This document shows, in pieces, positions 49,994-62,395 of a stretch of DNA of 64,000 nt; the first letter of the stretch is position 1; every line of letters begins with the position of its first letter. Below the pieces are notes generated by a model. The model did not search any database, was not told the DNA's origin, and saw only the letters and a list, made by a program, of their open reading frames with translations. Source of the DNA: a virus (lineage: Duplodnaviria; Caudoviricetes); the IMG/VR virus record IMGVR_UViG_2836755666_000018, positions 1 through 64,000 of that record. The stretch is one strand, 5' to 3'. The position numbers and the translations under genes are program-made.

Positions 49994-50123
49994 AGCTCAC
50001 CTATTTCAAATTAATGGTAATCTTTAATAATTATTTCCAACTGAATGGTGGCCAACCTGTTAAACCCCCACATAGCAAGCCAAAAATAAACGTAATTATT
50101 GGATAAAGGAGCCACCAATATTC

Positions 50124-50519
50124 ATGAATGATTTGATAAAAATCCTGCAACTTTACTCACCTCTGATTAGTTTATTAACATTCTTTTTGGGCTTATATAT
50201 TGGTAACAAACACGCCATAGGTAGAGATAAAAGACAAGAGTTTAATGAACGTGCTGAACCCATAATTGACTATTTTGATTATATGCAGTCATGGTTTGAA
50301 CAACGGGGTTTTACTACTGCATTCCTCTTACCAGAATCTGCCATAACATGCTTAATGCGACGGTTATCTAAAAGACAACAGAAACGCTTCGAAGCTTTAA
50401 TTTGTCAATATCAATCGACTTTTAATCAGCTCAAGCATGAAAAATCCAGAACGGATGAGGCATACAATTTATTATTAAAACAGGTGGCAGATATAAAACT
50501 ATTTTTACGCTTAAAATAA
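50124..50519 (+). CDS. Counter-oriented moron with an N-terminal membrane anchor
   Basis: AT-rich, AGGAG RBS, hydrophobic N-terminus; Bor-equivalent position after Rz. Confidence 0.65.
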   Translation: MNDLIKILQLYSPLISLLTFFLGLYIGNKHAIGRDKRQEFNERAEPIIDYFDYMQSWFEQRGFTTAFLLPESAITCLMRRLSKRQQKRFEALICQYQSTFNQLKHEKSRTDEAYNLLLKQVADIKLFLRLK

Positions 50520-50526
50520 ATCAAAA

Positions 50527-50979
50527 TTAACCACTACACTGTGTCTTGATGTACTGCTGTAAATATTCCGTCTGTTTTTCGTTCTCAATCATCATCTTTC
50601 TGAGACGGAAATAATCTTGTCGAGCTGCTTCGCTAAATTGTGAGGTGGCTTCATCATATCGGCTCTTGGTGGTAACGATTTTGGATGTACGACACACGGC
50701 GTTGACGCGCAACCGCTGAGTGCCAGCGCGAACAGCATCATGCAGCTTATCCAGTTCAGCGTTGGCATTGTTCAGTTCCTCGGTGTGTTGAATATCGAGT
50801 TGGTGTAAAGCATCGATTTTTTGCTGTTGTAATTTCACCGCTTCAATTTGTGCGTGATATTGCTGTTTTAGTGTGTGGTATTGTGTTTTCAGATTTTTGT
50901 AGTTTGATAAGACAACGCTGAGATAAATCATCAATCCAACAATGATTATCAAGATGGGTGTGACAGGTCTCCATAACAT
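50527..50979 (-). CDS. Rz-like inner-membrane spanin
   Basis: N-terminal TM segment, coiled coil, RLRVNA.C, YF.LR, LQQYI..QC. Confidence 0.88.
   Translation of the reverse strand: MLWRPVTPILIIIVGLMIYLSVVLSNYKNLKTQYHTLKQQYHAQIEAVKLQQQKIDALHQLDIQHTEELNNANAELDKLHDAVRAGTQRLRVNAVCRTSKIVTTKSRYDEATSQFSEAARQDYFRLRKMMIENEKQTEYLQQYIKTQCSG
50592..50768 (-). CDS. Rz1-like outer-membrane spanin lipoprotein nested in Rz
   Basis: Alternative frame reads MPTLNWISCMMLFALALSG-CASTPCVVHPKSLPPRADMMKPP...SER* (lipobox LSGC, Pro-rich). Confidence 0.8.
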   Translation of the reverse strand: MPTLNWISCMMLFALALSGCASTPCVVHPKSLPPRADMMKPPHNLAKQLDKIISVSER

Positions 50980-51431
50980 ATTACGCTCTCAATTTCCCGC
51001 CGGGTCATTAACCCTTTCCATTTTCTACCATCAACATGAACCCATCGTCTCATTTCATCACAAGCGCCTTTTCGGTCATCAGCGTTGAGCTTTTTGAGTA
51101 ACGTGGATTTAGCGAAATTCCCCACGCCCACGTTGTATGCAAATGAGTAAAGGGCTGCCTGAGTGAGTGTATTGATACTGACCTTAATCAGTGGGTCAAC
51201 GTAACGTTTTACCGCTTTTAAATCGTCATCAAGCCATTTATCGCAGTCTTTTTGCGTGTACGTCCGGTTACGCTCAATATCGTTGCCGGTATGCCCGTAG
51301 CAAACAGAAAGCACACCGCCACCGTCAAAATAGGGATTAAGTCTTAATCCTTCGAAATGCGTTATCATGCTTGAGGCCAGAAACAACGCACTACCGCCCG
51401 TTGCCATCACTATTTTTTTCGGTATCTTCAT
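50949..51431 (-). CDS. Lysozyme, SAR-type endolysin (GH24)
   Basis: N-terminal Gly/Ala-rich SAR segment, FEGLR..PY.D, YGHT, FAYNVG, GL..RR..E. Confidence 0.92.
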   Translation of the reverse strand: MKIPKKIVMATGGSALFLASSMITHFEGLRLNPYFDGGGVLSVCYGHTGNDIERNRTYTQKDCDKWLDDDLKAVKRYVDPLIKVSINTLTQAALYSFAYNVGVGNFAKSTLLKKLNADDRKGACDEMRRWVHVDGRKWKGLMTRREIESVICYGDLSHPS

Positions 51432-51633
51432 ACTGACGCTCTTTGAGTTTGTACTCCCTTCGGCGGTAGTACACGTTGATTAAAAATGTCCCTATCGTGC
51501 AGCCGATACCCATCACTGCAACCCACTGGTCAAGGGTTAAAAAATCAAAAATCGTTGTTGTAACGCCACCGATGGTGGTCATAATGCCCCACAGATAGGC
51601 AGCAGGTGTTGAATATTTTTCAGACATGCGCAT
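51391..51633 (-). CDS. Class II holin / pinholin with a dual-start motif (Met-Arg-Met)
   Basis: Two hydrophobic segments, basic C-terminus, ATGs at 51633 and 51627; directly upstream of the SAR endolysin. Confidence 0.8.
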   Translation of the reverse strand: MRMSEKYSTPAAYLWGIMTTIGGVTTTIFDFLTLDQWVAVMGIGCTIGTFLINVYYRRREYKLKERQYEDTEKNSDGNGR

Positions 51634-51695
51634 ATACCCTCCCACTGAGGGTTCCATTGCTTTAAGTGATTGGTTGGATGACTTAAAAAGTTTAA

Positions 51696-51893
51696 TTAAT
51701 CCATGAGTTTTCTTGCCAATGCTCTACACTGTATTTCCGTTAGTGGAAACTCAATAATGTTATTTCCGCTATGCGATATTCGTACTAACTTCCCTGACTG
51801 CTTATCGTCTATAATGCTCAGTGCATAGATTGAGGGTTTGCATATGGTTAAACCCTCTTCGATTAAAATTGTCTTATTAATGAGGTCACTCAT
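51696..51893 (-). CDS. Small hypothetical protein
   Basis: AGGAG RBS, 65 aa, in the late leader. Confidence 0.5.
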   Translation of the reverse strand: MSDLINKTILIEEGLTICKPSIYALSIIDDKQSGKLVRISHSGNNIIEFPLTEIQCRALARKLMD

Positions 51894-52005
51894 GGGAATA
51901 TTCTCCTTGTGAGGGTTCTATTGCTTTGTTTTGAACAGGGAGCCAGCCGCCTTACTCGTTTTAATGATTGTTTGTGTGAGTATTGCGGTGGCTTATTTTT
52001 AAAGC

Positions 52006-52242
52006 TTATTCAGGTTTTTTGGCAGGTAACACCGCCCAATAAGCATAATCTCTTGGTTTAAAGGTGACATACTCACCGTTATCCCAGCCTTGGAAATAGA
52101 GGAACTTGCCGGCTGAGTCAAAAGTCCCGACTACCTGGTTATAGTAATCTGCACTGTTAACGATAAGATATTGACGGGGGTATTCTTTTGTACCAGGTTT
52201 GACGCTAGAGGGATGTAATTCAAGGTTTAATGTTTTAGTCAT
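52006..52242 (-). CDS. Small hypothetical phage protein
   Basis: 78 aa in the late leader; ends YAYWAVLP. Confidence 0.55.
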   Translation of the reverse strand: MTKTLNLELHPSSVKPGTKEYPRQYLIVNSADYYNQVVGTFDSAGKFLYFQGWDNGEYVTFKPRDYAYWAVLPAKKPE

Positions 52243-52382
52243 AAAATTTCTCTTTTTTGCTATTGTTATAAATTATCCAGTTCCTGGATATTGTTAATGA
52301 CTCATCCCTAAAACAAAAAAAAACACCTCAATGGGTGCTATTTTTGCGTATTCAATTTGTGAGTATTGCGGTGGCGTAAAAC

Positions 52383-52404
52383 AAAAAACCTCGCAAAAGC
52401 GAGG
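52383..52404 (-). terminator. Late-leader terminator (tR'-like)
   Basis: CCTCGC-TTTT-GCGAGG-TTTTTT just downstream of Q; a second terminator at 52315-52338. Confidence 0.75.
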
Positions 52405-52484
52405 TGAGCAAAAAAAAATAATTAATCGAGGTTTTATTTATCAGCGTACATTTCTGCTGGACGCAAAAATTCATCATGGGCACT

Positions 52485-52916
52485 TTAGCATACCTTTTGC
52501 GGCCGCACTAGTGTTTGATAACCGTTTGTATGATATTTGTACAATATGTCGATATCTAATTGAATATCAAGGGTTTCTAGGCATCCTAGAACAAATCCTT
52601 CCGCAATTTGCATTCTTTTTCGCACCTCATCCTCGCGTACCGCAAACTTTCGCGCAATAGCACGCTTCGATATCCCCCTGATGTAATAATCCTCGATATA
52701 ATTCAACTCTCTCGCCATCCCCACCGTGTTAAGGCGACTGACGCACACATCAATCACCAGCCCATCCGCATCACTGCACGATAAGCGATTTGCGCCTGTA
52801 AACGGCATGAGGCGACTAAAGCCGGAAGCCACTGACAGCCAGCTCACCGAGGCATACGGATTACCCGCACACCACCCGCCCCAGTGGAGTAGTATTTTCT
52901 CAATGTCTCTGCTCAT
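52485..52916 (-). CDS. Late antiterminator Q family
   Basis: RDI...L..WG.W, C.D.DGL.ID.CV..L, G.SKR.IA, MQ.AEGF..GCL. Confidence 0.9.
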   Translation of the reverse strand: MSRDIEKILLHWGGWCAGNPYASVSWLSVASGFSRLMPFTGANRLSCSDADGLVIDVCVSRLNTVGMARELNYIEDYYIRGISKRAIARKFAVREDEVRKRMQIAEGFVLGCLETLDIQLDIDILYKYHTNGYQTLVRPQKVC

Positions 52917-52962
52917 GATCTTTTCGCTCCTGTTGTGAACGGCAATGTTTTTGGCACTCGTA

Positions 52963-53157
52963 GGTGTAACAACCGTAACGACCGTAACAACCTTTTTGTA
53001 TTAATATCTTTAGGGACATATATTACTAACGCGCGTATTGATTTCAAAAAAGGTTGTTACGGTTGTTACACTAACTTTAACCTATTGATATTAAATAGAT
53101 TAATAGTGTAACAACCTGACGGATTTTAGGTCGTTACAGGTCGTTGCAGGTTGTTAC
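52963..53157. other. Putative helper replication origin (GTAACAACC/GGTTGTTAC iterons)
   Basis: Multiple direct and inverted GTAAC(A/G)ACC repeats around AT-rich DNA with an IHF-consensus match, at the 3' end of the primase-helicase gene. Confidence 0.65.
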
Positions 53158-54982
53158 TCAGCTCCCAAACCCTGCAAACTTTTCCATCAACGCGACGCAA
53201 AATTTGTTTATACCCACAATTTAATAAAACATTGCCAATTCGCATTTGTTCCCTTCGCGATATATTTTTCGGTTCAAGGTTCAATGCTTCACGCAAAATA
53301 TCCGCAGAACGTAAAAATTCCCGTGCCCGTGGTTTTTGGCCTGTCATTAAATCCGGTTCATCTAACCAACGCTCGATAATTTCCTGCCATGCATCTTTGA
53401 TAAAATATTTTTCATGTACCTGATTAGCCAATTGCTCTGCTTCTTTAAATTGAATCCCTGTTTTGGTAAATAGCTCTCGCGCTTCCGCCCAAAACTGAAT
53501 CACATCCTTTTTGATACCTTCTACATCCATTTTTCCAACTTCAACAGGCAGCCAACGACGATTACCGGTTTTATCGCCTAAAAATTCATCTTCATTTGTC
53601 GTACCAATACTCAATGAGCGTCTAGGAAACTGGGTGGCGAATTCTTTGAACTTGGGTATCCACTTTTCATGTGTCCGCGTGACAAAGGCTTTGATGGATT
53701 CCAGTTCTTTCGTATTCAGTCCGCGTAATTCGCTAATTTCTGCCACCAGACAACCGCGCATCTTACGCGCCAGATCATCATCTTTTTCAGCAAAGGAAAT
53801 TTCAGTGAAAAAAGCCGGATCAGGGGATAACGCTGCCACGACAGAAGATTTTCCAGCACCTTGAGCACCTACTAGGATCGGCACCATATCCGCTTTGATA
53901 CCGGGCTTTAACACGCGTCCCGCAAGGGCTGTCCACATATAGCGCGATACCGCACGCGTATAAGCACTATCCTCAGTGCCAAAATGGGTATGATAAAACT
54001 TTTCGATACGCGGTATACCGTCCCATTCGAGGCTTTTAAGCCATTCCATGGCGGAATCAAAAGGATTTTCATCCGCAGCCAGTAATACCACATCACGGAT
54101 TAACTCACGTCCAACCGCTTTGAAGCCTCGTTTTTCCATTGTGATACGCAATCGGGAATAATCAGCATCAGTAAAGGTTTGCCATGCTTTAGTGCCAACA
54201 GGCGCAAACATGATCTCATCACGGAAAGTATCAAACCGAATTTCTACACCGACAAAATCAGGGCACATAACCGCTTTAGCCGCATTGTCAATGGTCGCTT
54301 CTATTTGGCCTGACGTTTTATTGCGTTTAAACGTAGGCCAGTTTGAATTTTCAGTAGGGTCTGTTAGATCTTCGAACTCATCAATTGTAGCAACCGCTGT
54401 TTTCAATCGCTCGGCACCGGGATTTACCCATCCTGCTTTTTGCGCTAAACTGAATATCGCTTGATAGCCTGTTCTTTCAGCACGTAGTTCAGGCCATTTG
54501 GCTTCGGCAGCGGATATGTCTCCTTTATCGACGGCAGAAGACCAATCAAGCCACATCTTTTTAGCTTCATCTTCAAAGTGTGTGTCTTTAAACCAGGCGA
54601 GGCGATTGCCCATATCCACCCATGAAGGGTAGTTCTCAGCCTGGTTTAACATTTTCGGATACCATAGTGCGGATCGTAAATCTTCAAACGTCTGGTCATT
54701 AATATTTTGCAAATCGACTAGACGGGTTAAATCGTCATTATCAGGCTTAGGGAGATCAACCCGCTCAATAACAGGCGTATTATCGGAGGCTAAAAGCGTA
54801 TCAACATCAACCACTGTGCCTTCGAAACTTTCATACTTTGCCCCTTCATGCGGTGCAAAAACCATATGCGAAGGCTCATAGACAGAGCGATCCCACTTAA
54901 TCGCCAAATCGCTGAGCAATTCGAAACAATCCATCAACTCCTGCTCAATCCGTGGTCCTAGTTGTGCATACTCTAATGCAGT
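53126..54982 (-). pseudogene. Helper primase-helicase, 3' part (PriCT-2-like + VapE), split by IS
   Basis: W..MG..L, W.DWS, L.G.QG.GKS, EISEL, GTTN..EFL.D.TGNRRW. Confidence 0.88.
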
Positions 54983-55070
54983 TGTCACCGATCATGCAAA
55001 ACTGATCCACTAACGATCATCTAAAACTGATCCACTTGGTATTATTCGCACATTTTTGTACGGATAATTT

Positions 55071-56859
<1,789 letters not shown>

Positions 56860-56927
56860 AACAGTGGATCAATTTTGATTGATCGGATTTAGATAAAAAG
56901 TGGATCAGTTTTCGGTGATCGTTGACA

Positions 56928-57335
56928 TGCAGTCACCTCACGGGATAACAAAAAACCAATACGCCAGCGTTGTTCACCCTGCGCAACAGGATGTTCATGG
57001 CTTGCGGTGGTATAGGCAAAACATTGATAAAATCCGAGAATGCCTGTAAGCATTTCCCACGCATCCAGGGTACACCCATCCATGTCAAGCCATAACACGC
57101 TGCGGTTACCCGCATTAAGTGCGTTACGCCCTTTCTTGGCATTTTTCATTGCACCCCAGATATAATTAAGGGCTTTTTTCTTTTTGTCGAAAATGGCTTT
57201 TGTATCAAAGGGACTAATATTAATACGTTTGGTTAATTTTTTGATCGCCTGCTGATACTCGGCAAAAGAGCCCGCAACAGCAGGACTCGGGCGCTGATCA
57301 CTCACACTACGCCCGACAGAATAATTGATTTGCAT
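56928..57335 (-). pseudogene. Helper primase-helicase, 5' part (AEP/primpol-like), split by IS
   Basis: LDMD and YTTASH motifs; rejoins in frame as SREVTA/LEYAQLG to give 752 aa. Confidence 0.85.
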
Positions 57336-57350
57336 GGGTTATTTGGCCTT

Positions 57351-57557
57351 TCATCGAACAATAGCTGTATATAAAAGTTTCTCAAGAGATCTTACTGTTG
57401 ATATACGTGGATTTGTGTGTATCCCCGCTAATAAACGACTAATTGTTGATTGTGGTACACCTGTAAGTTTAGCTATTTGATTTTGGGTATATCCCAAATC
57501 GAGCAAGTATTTCACTATATCTTTGGGAGTTAATTCGTGCATAGATTTCGGCTCCAT
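57351..57557 (-). CDS. Cro-like XRE regulator
   Basis: TQ.QIA..TGVPQSTISR HTH; divergent from cI. Confidence 0.85.
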   Translation of the reverse strand: MEPKSMHELTPKDIVKYLLDLGYTQNQIAKLTGVPQSTISRLLAGIHTNPRISTVRSLEKLLYTAIVR

Positions 57558-57680
57558 TGGTATATTATGAACTTAAATTATCCGAAAAAGCATTGACAAT
57601 CAACCCGAATTTGGTTTCTTGTAGAAACCTCAAATATGCAATAACGCATAATAATTCGATGAATAAGAAGGAAAAGAAAA

Positions 57681-58361
57681 ATGGCACTTGACTACGATAT
57701 TTTAAAAAAAAACATAAAATATTTAATGCAAAATACAGGTATTAGTAGCGTTACAGAACTTTCAAAACGTGTGAAAATGCAACAATCGACACTGCAACGA
57801 ATGTTAGTAGGGGAAGTAAAAGATCCTAAGTACGTTACTCTAAAACAAATAGCTGAATTTTTTAAAATATCTCCAGTAGATTTAATTGAGTGCGACCTGC
57901 AGGAAAACCCACCACGCACTTTAGTAGAAGTGGATGGCGACCCGTATGATTATTTAATATTTAAAGAAGTGCCAGTATTGGGTAATACTCAAGTTGGGCA
58001 CGGTAGCTATTGGCCAAACATGAAGCATCCCGTAGAAAATAGAGGTGGTTACATACGTTGGCCTTCTTATGATGAAAATGCTTACGCATTAAAAAGTGTC
58101 GATGATTCTATGATACCTAGAATTAAAGAAGGTGAATTTATAATTGTAGAGCCAAATCATATCTATCACCCAGGTGATGAAGTTTTAGTTGTTACGGAAG
58201 AAGGTCAGGTAATGGTAAAAACATTTTTATTTGAACGAGATGCTCTTTACCATTTGTTACCTGTAAATGAAAATGTTGCTCCAATAAAAATACCTAAAAA
58301 GAAGGTTACGATAATTCAATATATTGCGGGTATCGCAAAGTCATCTCTTTGGCACACCTAA
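57681..58361 (+). CDS. CI-like repressor (XRE HTH + S24 peptidase)
   Basis: N-terminal HTH; DSM.P.I.EG and VK motifs. Confidence 0.92.
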   Translation: MALDYDILKKNIKYLMQNTGISSVTELSKRVKMQQSTLQRMLVGEVKDPKYVTLKQIAEFFKISPVDLIECDLQENPPRTLVEVDGDPYDYLIFKEVPVLGNTQVGHGSYWPNMKHPVENRGGYIRWPSYDENAYALKSVDDSMIPRIKEGEFIIVEPNHIYHPGDEVLVVTEEGQVMVKTFLFERDALYHLLPVNENVAPIKIPKKKVTIIQYIAGIAKSSLWHT

Positions 58362-58409
58362 TAAATTTAAAAAAAAATTAAAGTCTCATATAGCGAAACT
58401 TTTTAAGAT

Positions 58410-58481
58410 AATGCAATTATGGGTTGACAGCTAATGCAGTTTGGCATATAAATATCACATAAGGTAATGCGTTTATGGGTT
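58410..58481 (+). promoter_or_regulatory. PL-like promoter with three operator-like repeats
   Basis: TTGACA (58424)-N17-TATAAA; AATGC-N6-G(G/C)(T/A)T-type 16-mers at 58410, 58433 and 58466; related sites between cro and cI at 57579-57650. Confidence 0.7.
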
Positions 58482-58778
58482 ACTTCTTAGCTCTTTAACA
58501 ATTTAGAAAGTCGAAATGTACAGCGCGTTATGTCTGTAGTAGTGCAGTGGTGCACGTTGCATAGAGTGCGATCCGCTCTTTGCAGGACAGCAATGTCAAG
58601 GGACAGGCAGCCATAACAGAGTGTACAAACGCAAAAAACACTAATTATAGGTCATTTTGCGAAGTGGCCTATGGTGAGTGACGACAGTAATTCAAAAGGA
58701 TTTAAGATATGACGAATGTAAAAAGCACCTATGAAATTAGGCGCTTTGAACAAAAAGCGGTTAGTACTGTGTTTTTAG

Positions 58779-59031
58779 TTAGTGGGTATCTCCTTGAGGA
58801 GATTGAATGGCAGACTTTTCCAAGGTGTCAATATGTTTGGTTAGATCAGCAATGAGTGTTCGAGCCATCTGTGGATTAATAATAAAGAACTGAGTTTCCT
58901 GAGCTTCATTAATTGACTGCATAGGCGACGAAAGAAATTGAAATTTCAACGCCAGCGCATCGTAACCTGGTAAAGGACCGATTTTCCAACCAGCAATAGG
59001 AAACGTGGGAATATCATTTTTTTTTAGACAT
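58779..59031 (-). CDS. BssS-family protein (A9 tract shifts the natural ATG out of frame as assembled)
   Basis: FP..GW.I.P..YDAL.L.FQ, AR.LI..L motifs; ATG TCT A9 TGA at the start. Confidence 0.6.
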
Positions 59032-59132
59032 AATTTTTTCTTCTTTGTTGTTGTAGAGAACAGCAAGGATACCACCGAGCCTGATGTGGTGAAAAGACAG
59101 GCGCAATAAATTTAAATGCAATTAAGCAGTAC

Positions 59133-59163
59133 CGCTCTTTAACACCCTTTCGCTGAAAAAGCG
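59133..59163 (+). promoter_or_regulatory. nut-like antitermination site (boxA + boxB)
   Basis: Consensus boxA CGCTCTTTAACA followed by hairpin CGCT-GAAAA-AGCG; a second boxA at 58490. Confidence 0.75.
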
Positions 59164-59323
59164 TAACCACAAAACACCCAAACAGTCGGTTTTGGGGTGT
59201 GTGAAATAACCAAAATACAGCCATTAAGTTAAAAGCCAACACCAGGGAACTACCAAGATGACTGTAAATATAATCCGGACACCTCCGGCACACACCACCA
59301 AAACCGATTTGTATTTAGGAGAA

Positions 59324-59557
59324 ATGATGAAATTTGAAGAATTGAGTGAAAAATCTCAAGAGAAAGCCAGCGAAGCGTTACGGTATGCATTACAGGCAGA
59401 AATGGATTCAAATCGCGCTATCGATAAGGTCAGGGCGAAAGCACTTGCATCGGCCATCAGAGATGGTTTTATTGCGCTGGAAAGAGAAGCATCAGAAAAA
59501 GATGCTGGTAAAGATTGTGGCAAAGATAATATGAATTTTGGTTTTGCTAATTCATGA
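59324..59557 (+). CDS. Early hypothetical protein
   Basis: AGGAG RBS before ATG 59324. Confidence 0.55.
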   Translation: MMKFEELSEKSQEKASEALRYALQAEMDSNRAIDKVRAKALASAIRDGFIALEREASEKDAGKDCGKDNMNFGFANS

Positions 59558-59839
59558 TGTGTACGGTAACCAGGCTTCCCAATCGTCAACCATGCTACAA
59601 ACTATTATAGATGGACTACCATAAGATAGAGGATGGGCAATACGATTAACTTGATTGCATATATCTTTTGCGGTGTTAGATGTATCACCTTGATATGTGG
59701 CATCTGGTAATTTTAGCAGTCTGTTATTATCGCTCATGAGTGTTCGATAAAATCCAAGTGATTTCATCCTTTCATGAAGAATTTCATATTGCTTTGAATC
59801 AGCATCATGCAGTTCAACTCGCGCCATATATTTAGCCAT
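59552..59839 (-). CDS. GhoS/DUF2622-like (Cas2-fold) protein
   Basis: Y..RVELH.A....Y..LH..M...GF.R.......LP.A.Y motif. Confidence 0.7.
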   Translation of the reverse strand: MAKYMARVELHDADSKQYEILHERMKSLGFYRTLMSDNNRLLKLPDATYQGDTSNTAKDICNQVNRIAHPLSYGSPSIIVCSMVDDWEAWLPYTS

Positions 59840-60132
59840 TGTTAATATCGTCTCTCTTTTATGTGTTGTGGGAAACACATAGTAACCTGTTTTGTGTGTT
59901 GTGGGAATACACAAAAGGGGGCGAGCCTGACGCGCCAGAAATATCAGGCATACCCTATCTAGTCCATCCCATCGGAAAAACCACCATGCAAAAAGCAAAA
60001 ATCCTGTCATCGGAGCGATTTCCGATGAACAACAACGTCCGGCGCATACGCTATGTACAAAAATTAGAAGCGCTAAAACGCAATGGCAATCACCAGTTCC
60101 CTGTCACTATATACCGTTGAGGTCAACGCATA

Positions 60133-61089
60133 ATGCTTACCACAAATACTCCCCTGCTGGCAAGACTGGCAGAAAACCACACGCAAATGATCATGGCGCA
60201 CAATCAACTAGCCGAAGCCCATAAAATGTTAATCAGTCAGTTGGTCGCACATACTGAAAATGACCCCAGTGACCCAAACGAACCAACAGGGGCGAACAAA
60301 CCAAAACCCTTCACACCGGACGTTAAGCCTCAACCTGTCGTGCCATCAGCTATGGTTGAGCCTCAAGAAGTGATTGAGCCTAAAATTACTATCGAAGTGC
60401 CCGCTAGCGCTGAAGACAAACCAACACCGGTTGTCGCCGAGAAAAAGGTTAAAACCCTTCGGGCAGAAACCAAACCTGCTAAAGCCGTTAAACCGATTGT
60501 TGAAACCCCTAAAGTAGCGCCTAAAGAAGAGCCTAAAGTAGAACTTAAGCCCGAACCGGTTGATATTGAATCGCTTGATTTGCGTCACGTCGTCGCCCTA
60601 TCCGTCTTGTTTGGTGACAAAGCGCTTAAACCTGACAGTACGCAAGTCGCTAAAGCCACCGCAACGCTTGCATCTGAGAAAGCAAATAGTGTTACCGGAC
60701 AAATTGATGCACTTTATTGCGCCTTAAATGGATTACCTAAGGTGACATTTCTTCCCAAAGTTAAAATTTTTACGATATGCCTAAAAACGTTGGCTAATTG
60801 GGATAATCTCTTTGGCATTACCGATCGTCGCGAATTTGCCTTGTCATTAGTGCGTGAATTGCCTACACCGGCGGAAGTGAAATTGGTAGAAGCTGAAGAC
60901 CCACGAACTAAGTCTTCAAAACTGATCACTGAATTGGCAAAAAAAGGCTATCGGAATGAAGTCGTTAAAATACTCGATGAATTCAACGCTAAAAGGCTAG
61001 GTGATATTCCTGATGACAATCTGGTTCAGTTTATCGAGAAAGCCCAACGCGTTTTAGCCAATGATAACGCCGAGGGTAGCGATGGCTGA
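60133..61089 (+). CDS. APSE-like hypothetical protein with a Pro/Glu/Lys-rich linker
   Basis: C-terminal L..F.AK.L.D motif typical of genes upstream of DUF2800. Confidence 0.65.
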   Translation: MLTTNTPLLARLAENHTQMIMAHNQLAEAHKMLISQLVAHTENDPSDPNEPTGANKPKPFTPDVKPQPVVPSAMVEPQEVIEPKITIEVPASAEDKPTPVVAEKKVKTLRAETKPAKAVKPIVETPKVAPKEEPKVELKPEPVDIESLDLRHVVALSVLFGDKALKPDSTQVAKATATLASEKANSVTGQIDALYCALNGLPKVTFLPKVKIFTICLKTLANWDNLFGITDRREFALSLVRELPTPAEVKLVEAEDPRTKSSKLITELAKKGYRNEVVKILDEFNAKRLGDIPDDNLVQFIEKAQRVLANDNAEGSDG

Positions 61090-62380
61090 ACATGCAAAAC
61101 TTTCCCCCTCCTCAGCACATAGATGGATGAGATGTAGCGCCAGTCTCGCAGTAGAAGCCACCTTACCCGATAAAACATCGCCATTTGCGGAAGAAGGCAG
61201 CGCGGCGCATGCGTTAGCGGAAAGTATCCTAACAATGCGTCAAAACCCGTTTAGCGAAGGGTGTAGACGAACCTACGGTTTTGATGCAAAGGATTATATC
61301 GGCACATATCCCTTGTTGAAAGCTAATTCGCCACAAGTGGATGAAGAGATGATTGAACACGTCCAGACCTATGTTGATACCGTCTGGCAACTAGCGGACG
61401 GGAAAATCCTACAGGTTGAAGAACGGGTGGATTTTTCAGCGGTCATTGGCGTAGAGAATTCTTTTGGTACCGCCGATGCGATTATTATCAGCGAGGATGA
61501 GCTACAAATCCATGACCTAAAATACGGTAAAGGCGTTAAAGTGGATGCCCCGAACAACGAGCAGCTCATGCTTTATGCGCTGGGCGCTTTATATCAGTTT
61601 GACCTTGTTTATGATTTCAAAACGGTTCGGCTTTTCATCCATCAACCCAGGCTTAACCATCTGTCTGAATGGGCGCTATCGGTTGAGGATTTAAAAGAAT
61701 TTGGCGAACAGGCTAAATCAGGCGCGAAAAAAGCCATGGAGATGGTAACCCTCGCCGAGCGCAACGGGCTTGATGCGCTACCGGATAGTGCGTTTTCACC
61801 GGGTATCAAGCAATGCCAGTTCTGCAAAGCAAAAGGCGGATTGTGTTTTGCTCAGGCGCAATTTATCCATAATGAAGTCAGAGGCGATTTTGTCGATTTA
61901 ACTCAACCTTTGAACCCCCAACTAAGTGATGCTATCAAACGCATTACGCTGCTAACCCCTGCACAAATGGCAAAACTCTACCAGCATGTCGATCTGGTAG
62001 AGAACTTTTGTAAAGCCCTACGAAATCGGGTCGCCGAAACATTACACAACGGGCAATCAGTACCGGGCTTTAAACTGGTGACTGGCAAACAGGGTAATCG
62101 CACCTGGGGTGATGAGCGTGAAGCCGAAGCGCTGTTAAAAGGCGCCAAACTTAAACAGGAACAAATCTACCACAAGAAAATTATCAGTCCACCACAGGCT
62201 GAAAAATTGCTTAAAAAAGACAAACCGAGTCGCTGGGCAAAACTGGAAGCACTTATTGAACGAGCAGACGGTAAACCCGTCATCGCACCGGAATCTGACC
62301 CAAGACCTGCCATTATTACTAACCCCTTAAACGACTTTGACGATGTGACCGAAGCATCACTTGTTGATAAATCCATCTAA
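61082..62380 (+). CDS. DUF2800 PD-(D/E)XK nuclease-like protein
   Basis: [39 protein letters not shown]. Confidence 0.88.
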   Translation: MAEHAKLSPSSAHRWMRCSASLAVEATLPDKTSPFAEEGSAAHALAESILTMRQNPFSEGCRRTYGFDAKDYIGTYPLLKANSPQVDEEMIEHVQTYVDTVWQLADGKILQVEERVDFSAVIGVENSFGTADAIIISEDELQIHDLKYGKGVKVDAPNNEQLMLYALGALYQFDLVYDFKTVRLFIHQPRLNHLSEWALSVEDLKEFGEQAKSGAKKAMEMVTLAERNGLDALPDSAFSPGIKQCQFCKAKGGLCFAQAQFIHNEVRGDFVDLTQPLNPQLSDAIKRITLLTPAQMAKLYQHVDLVENFCKALRNRVAETLHNGQSVPGFKLVTGKQGNRTWGDEREAEALLKGAKLKQEQIYHKKIISPPQAEKLLKKDKPSRWAKLEALIERADGKPVIAPESDPRPAIITNPLNDFDDVTEASLVDKSI

Positions 62381-62395
62381 TTAAAAGGTAACGTG

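Noticed and set aside
53126-54988. 620-aa primase as an intact stand-alone gene
   Set aside because: Its start codon lies inside the IS left end; the true N-terminus is at 57335 on the other side of the IS.
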